A stretch of DNA of 64,000 nucleotides from an uncultured delta proteobacterium (GTDB lineage Bacteria; Desulfobacterota; Desulfobacteria; Desulfobacterales; Desulfosalsimonadaceae): assembly GCA_963826785.1 (NCBI GenBank), contig CAWGYD010000009.1, forward strand, positions 6,857 through 70,856, written 5' to 3'. Positions 61,510 through 64,000 of this stretch are shown piece by piece; the first letter of the stretch is position 1, and every line of letters begins with the position of its first letter. The notes below the pieces were generated by a model that saw nothing but the letters and a program-made list of their open reading frames with translations, was not told where the DNA came from and did not search any database. The position numbers were made by a program, and so were the translations under genes.

Positions 61510-62349
61510 CTACCGGCGCTGTGCCCGGATCACGTGGCTGTACTTGATAATGGCGACGAAGATGACCCCTCCTGCGGCATTTCCCAGGGTCATCCAGAGC
61601 AGGGTGAATAAATATTGCGCAAGGGAGACATCGAGTCCGAGATATACTGCCGGGAGGATTTCCACCGATCCGGCGATGGAATGATGAAGGCCGCCCAGGC
61701 CGATGGCGAAGGTGATCAGCCACACGAACAGCACCTGGCTGATGGTGTCTCTTCCGGCCGTTACCAGCCACGAGAGAAGGCCCATCAGCCATCCGGCCAG
61801 AATTCCGCTCAGGAATATGGTCGACCCGGTATGGTGAACCAGCCCGGCGGCCAGCTGCCGGAATGCCTCAGGTGTCACATCGCCGATGGCCGGACTGACG
61901 AACGCCAGGATAAGTGAAAAAAGGCAGGCTCCCAGGAGGTTGGAAAAGTAGATGATGATCCAGAGGCGCAGCAGGGAAAAAAGAGACTTGCGGCGATCCA
62001 GGACCGGCAGGACCGCAAGCGTGGTATGTTCGGTAAACAGTTCCGAGCGGCCGAAAATCACCAGGACGAAGCCGATGGGGTACATGTTGGCGGTCAGCAG
62101 TTTTACGATGGGATGCGGGACCAGCCCCTCGGTGAGGGTGATCATCACCGCCATTAAAAATACACTGAAACCCAGGTCGAGGCCGGCAGACAGACCGGAG
62201 AGGAACAATCCGGAAACCGGACGGTCGATTTCCGTCATCCCCTGCATGATTTCCTGGATCAGGATTTCCTGGTAGGACTTTTTGGCTTCGGGTTCACAGC
62301 CGCCGTCGGCGGTTTTGGTTTTGCCCTGATTATCGGTCAGCTGATTCAT
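61510..62349 (-). CDS. formate/nitrite transporter (FNT) family channel
   Basis: GLFLSGLSAGLDLGF...GRSELFTEHT...six TM pattern, 279 aa. Confidence 0.9.
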   Translation of the reverse strand: MNQLTDNQGKTKTADGGCEPEAKKSYQEILIQEIMQGMTEIDRPVSGLFLSGLSAGLDLGFSVFLMAVMITLTEGLVPHPIVKLLTANMYPIGFVLVIFGRSELFTEHTTLAVLPVLDRRKSLFSLLRLWIIIYFSNLLGACLFSLILAFVSPAIGDVTPEAFRQLAAGLVHHTGSTIFLSGILAGWLMGLLSWLVTAGRDTISQVLFVWLITFAIGLGGLHHSIAGSVEILPAVYLGLDVSLAQYLFTLLWMTLGNAAGGVIFVAIIKYSHVIRAQRR

Positions 62350-62380
62350 CGATGAATCATTCCGGATGCAACTCCATTGA

Positions 62381-63472
62381 TCAGGCCACCTGGTAAGGGC
62401 GCGCAGCGTCGGCTTTCAAAGACAACCCGTGGCCAGGCCGGGACAGATCCGGGACCAGGGCGCCATCTTGCAGCTGCGGAAGGCCCTCCATGAGCAGGTG
62501 TTCGATGCGGACGTGATCGTGAAAATATTCCATGTGGCGCACGCCCGCCAGTGACATGGCCGGGTGGAGATGCAGGGCGGGTGCGCAGTGGGAGGAAAGA
62601 TCCACATGAAAGGCATTGCACAGGGCCGCAGCCTCCATGAAACCGGTGAAACCGCAACGGGTGGCATCGGCCATCAGAACATCCACGGACCCGTTTTCCA
62701 GCAGCAGCCTGAAATCATCGATCATGAAGCCGTATTCCCCGGCCGTGACGTCTAGCCCGGCCGGGGTCCGCTCCCGGATGAGCCTCAGCCCGCGGGTGTC
62801 ATTCTGGGAAACCGGCTCTTCAAACCAGACCACCCCTTGTTCATCCAGGCTCTCGGCAATGGCCATGGCCTGCTTTACCGTGTATCCGCCGTTGGCATCC
62901 ACGAACAGGGCCGGATCCGTGCCGATGGCACTCCGGGCGGCCCGGACGCGATCCGGATCGGCATCCGGATCGCGTCCGATCTTCATTTTAACCCGGGGGA
63001 TTCCCGCTTCCACCCAGCCGGCGAGCTGCTCCTGGAGCATCCGGATGGAATAGGAGGTAAAACCCCCGCTGCCGTAAACCGGCACCCGGTCGCGGACCCG
63101 GCCCAGCAGGGATGCCAGCGGCAGGTTCAGAAGCTTCGCCTTTAAATCCCACAGCGCGATATCAAGTGCGGACACCGCCATGCGGGCAATCCCGCGTTCA
63201 CCCATGTTCCGGATGGCTTTAATCATGGCCGACCCGCACGCCGGGATATTAAACGCATCCATTCCGGAAATAACGTCTGCAAGCTTATCCGCAATCACAT
63301 CCCCCGCCGCCTTGTGCGCATAAGTGTATCCGAATCCCGTTTGATCGCCGGCATGGATGTGGACCGCCACCAAAGTGGTGGCGGTCCATTTCAGGGTGCC
63401 GTCGGACTCGGGCTGATCCGTGGGGATCTTATAGGCATGTACCTGAATTTTGCCAATGGGGAATTCTGCCAT
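62381..63472 (-). CDS. enolase-superfamily enzyme (mandelate racemase/muconate lactonizing family)
   Basis: VKMKIG (KxK), FVDANGGY, WFEEP, ADATRCGG-like motif. Confidence 0.9.
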   Translation of the reverse strand: MAEFPIGKIQVHAYKIPTDQPESDGTLKWTATTLVAVHIHAGDQTGFGYTYAHKAAGDVIADKLADVISGMDAFNIPACGSAMIKAIRNMGERGIARMAVSALDIALWDLKAKLLNLPLASLLGRVRDRVPVYGSGGFTSYSIRMLQEQLAGWVEAGIPRVKMKIGRDPDADPDRVRAARSAIGTDPALFVDANGGYTVKQAMAIAESLDEQGVVWFEEPVSQNDTRGLRLIRERTPAGLDVTAGEYGFMIDDFRLLLENGSVDVLMADATRCGFTGFMEAAALCNAFHVDLSSHCAPALHLHPAMSLAGVRHMEYFHDHVRIEHLLMEGLPQLQDGALVPDLSRPGHGLSLKADAARPYQVA

Positions 63473-63476
63473 GATA

Positions 63477-64000
63477 TCAGCTCCGGCTCAGAAAATCGGA
63501 GACCATCTGCTTGGTCGACTGTTTGGTGATGCCGGCAGGTTGGGATCTCCTTTGAAAATAGTGGACATGTATCCCTTGGCCTGTTCGAAGGTGATATGCG
63601 GCGGCAGGGGCGGAACATCCGGGTCGCAAATGGCATCGATCACCACCGGCCGGTCTGCGGAAAGCGCCTGGTCCCAGACCGCCCCGATCTCGGAGGGGTG
63701 CATGACCTTGATGCCGATCAGACCCAGCACTCTGGGCATAGCCGGGCAAATGGAAAATCCGGGATATTCTGGGAAGCCTCAAATTTGGGGTCGCCGGACA
63801 TGACCCGCTGCTCCCAGGTGACCTGATTGAGGTCGTTGTTGTGCAGCACCAGCACGATCAGGCGCGGGTCGGCCCATTCCTTCCAGTACTTGGAGATGGT
63901 GATCAGCCCGTCGTTTCCCAGCATCTGCATGGCGCCGTCGCCGACCATGGCGATGACCGGCCGGTCGGGATAGCAGAATTTGGCGGCCGTGGCATAGGGA
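63477..64000 (-). CDS. thiamine-diphosphate enzyme (pyruvate oxidase/acetolactate synthase family), C-terminal part only, two frame breaks
   Basis: PYATAAKFCYPDRPVIAMVGDGAMQML...LHNNDLNQVTWEQR...LGLIGIKV...PPHITFEQAKGY...ITKQSTKQMVSDFL is spread over three frames (ORFs 63718..63948, 63488..63739, 63477..63782). The 5' end lies beyond the window. Confidence 0.8.

Overview
Gene-dense 64 kb chromosomal segment with about 60 protein genes and one tRNA-Phe. I saw no rRNA, CRISPR array, cas genes, transposase, integrase or toxin-antitoxin pair.

Content is mostly housekeeping:
- ppdK
- a shikimate block (aroA'-aroB'-aroE-aroA-aroK-aroC) that uses the archaeal-type ADH synthase / DHQ synthase II entry
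- miaB, recJ, holA-lgt-lspA-ileS, dtd, dacB, folE2, a ttcA-like gene, rpoZ, greA, psd, tsaB, lon, pilD, hup, ndk, lepA, nadC, valS, rsmE
- the siroheme-dependent haem genes ahbC-hemB-ahbD
- nagZ and glpD
- two c-di-GMP response regulators (REC-HD-GYP and REC-GGDEF)

The ahb genes, aroA'/aroB', a Sec-recoded HesB-like gene and a sigma54-driven pilin suggest an anaerobic Desulfobacterota (sulfate-reducer-like) genome. This is inference.

I did not find a convincing novel multi-gene system or defence island. The items most worth follow-up are:
1. An unannotated UGA-recoded HesB/IscA-like selenoprotein with a candidate bSECIS hairpin (39369-39707). The ORF track splits it.
2. A single-chain MrfA-like DEXH/DUF1998 helicase fused to a YprB/MrfB-like DEDD exonuclease (19551-22487).
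3. A 134-bp MITE-like element present twice. Each copy has its own 4-bp flanking duplication. The two copies are inverted and bracket the 9.5 kb ppdK-shikimate block.
4. Two other intergenic hairpin-repeat families: C6/G6 arrays and a nested-palindrome element that splits aroK from aroC.
5. Six reading-frame breaks in otherwise intact genes, some of them essential (ppdK, holA, rhomboid, ahbD, and a TPP enzyme twice). All sit at short G/C runs. The most economical explanation is indel errors in the assembly, not biology.

All gene calls rest on motifs I recognised by eye in the translations. No database search or folding program was run.
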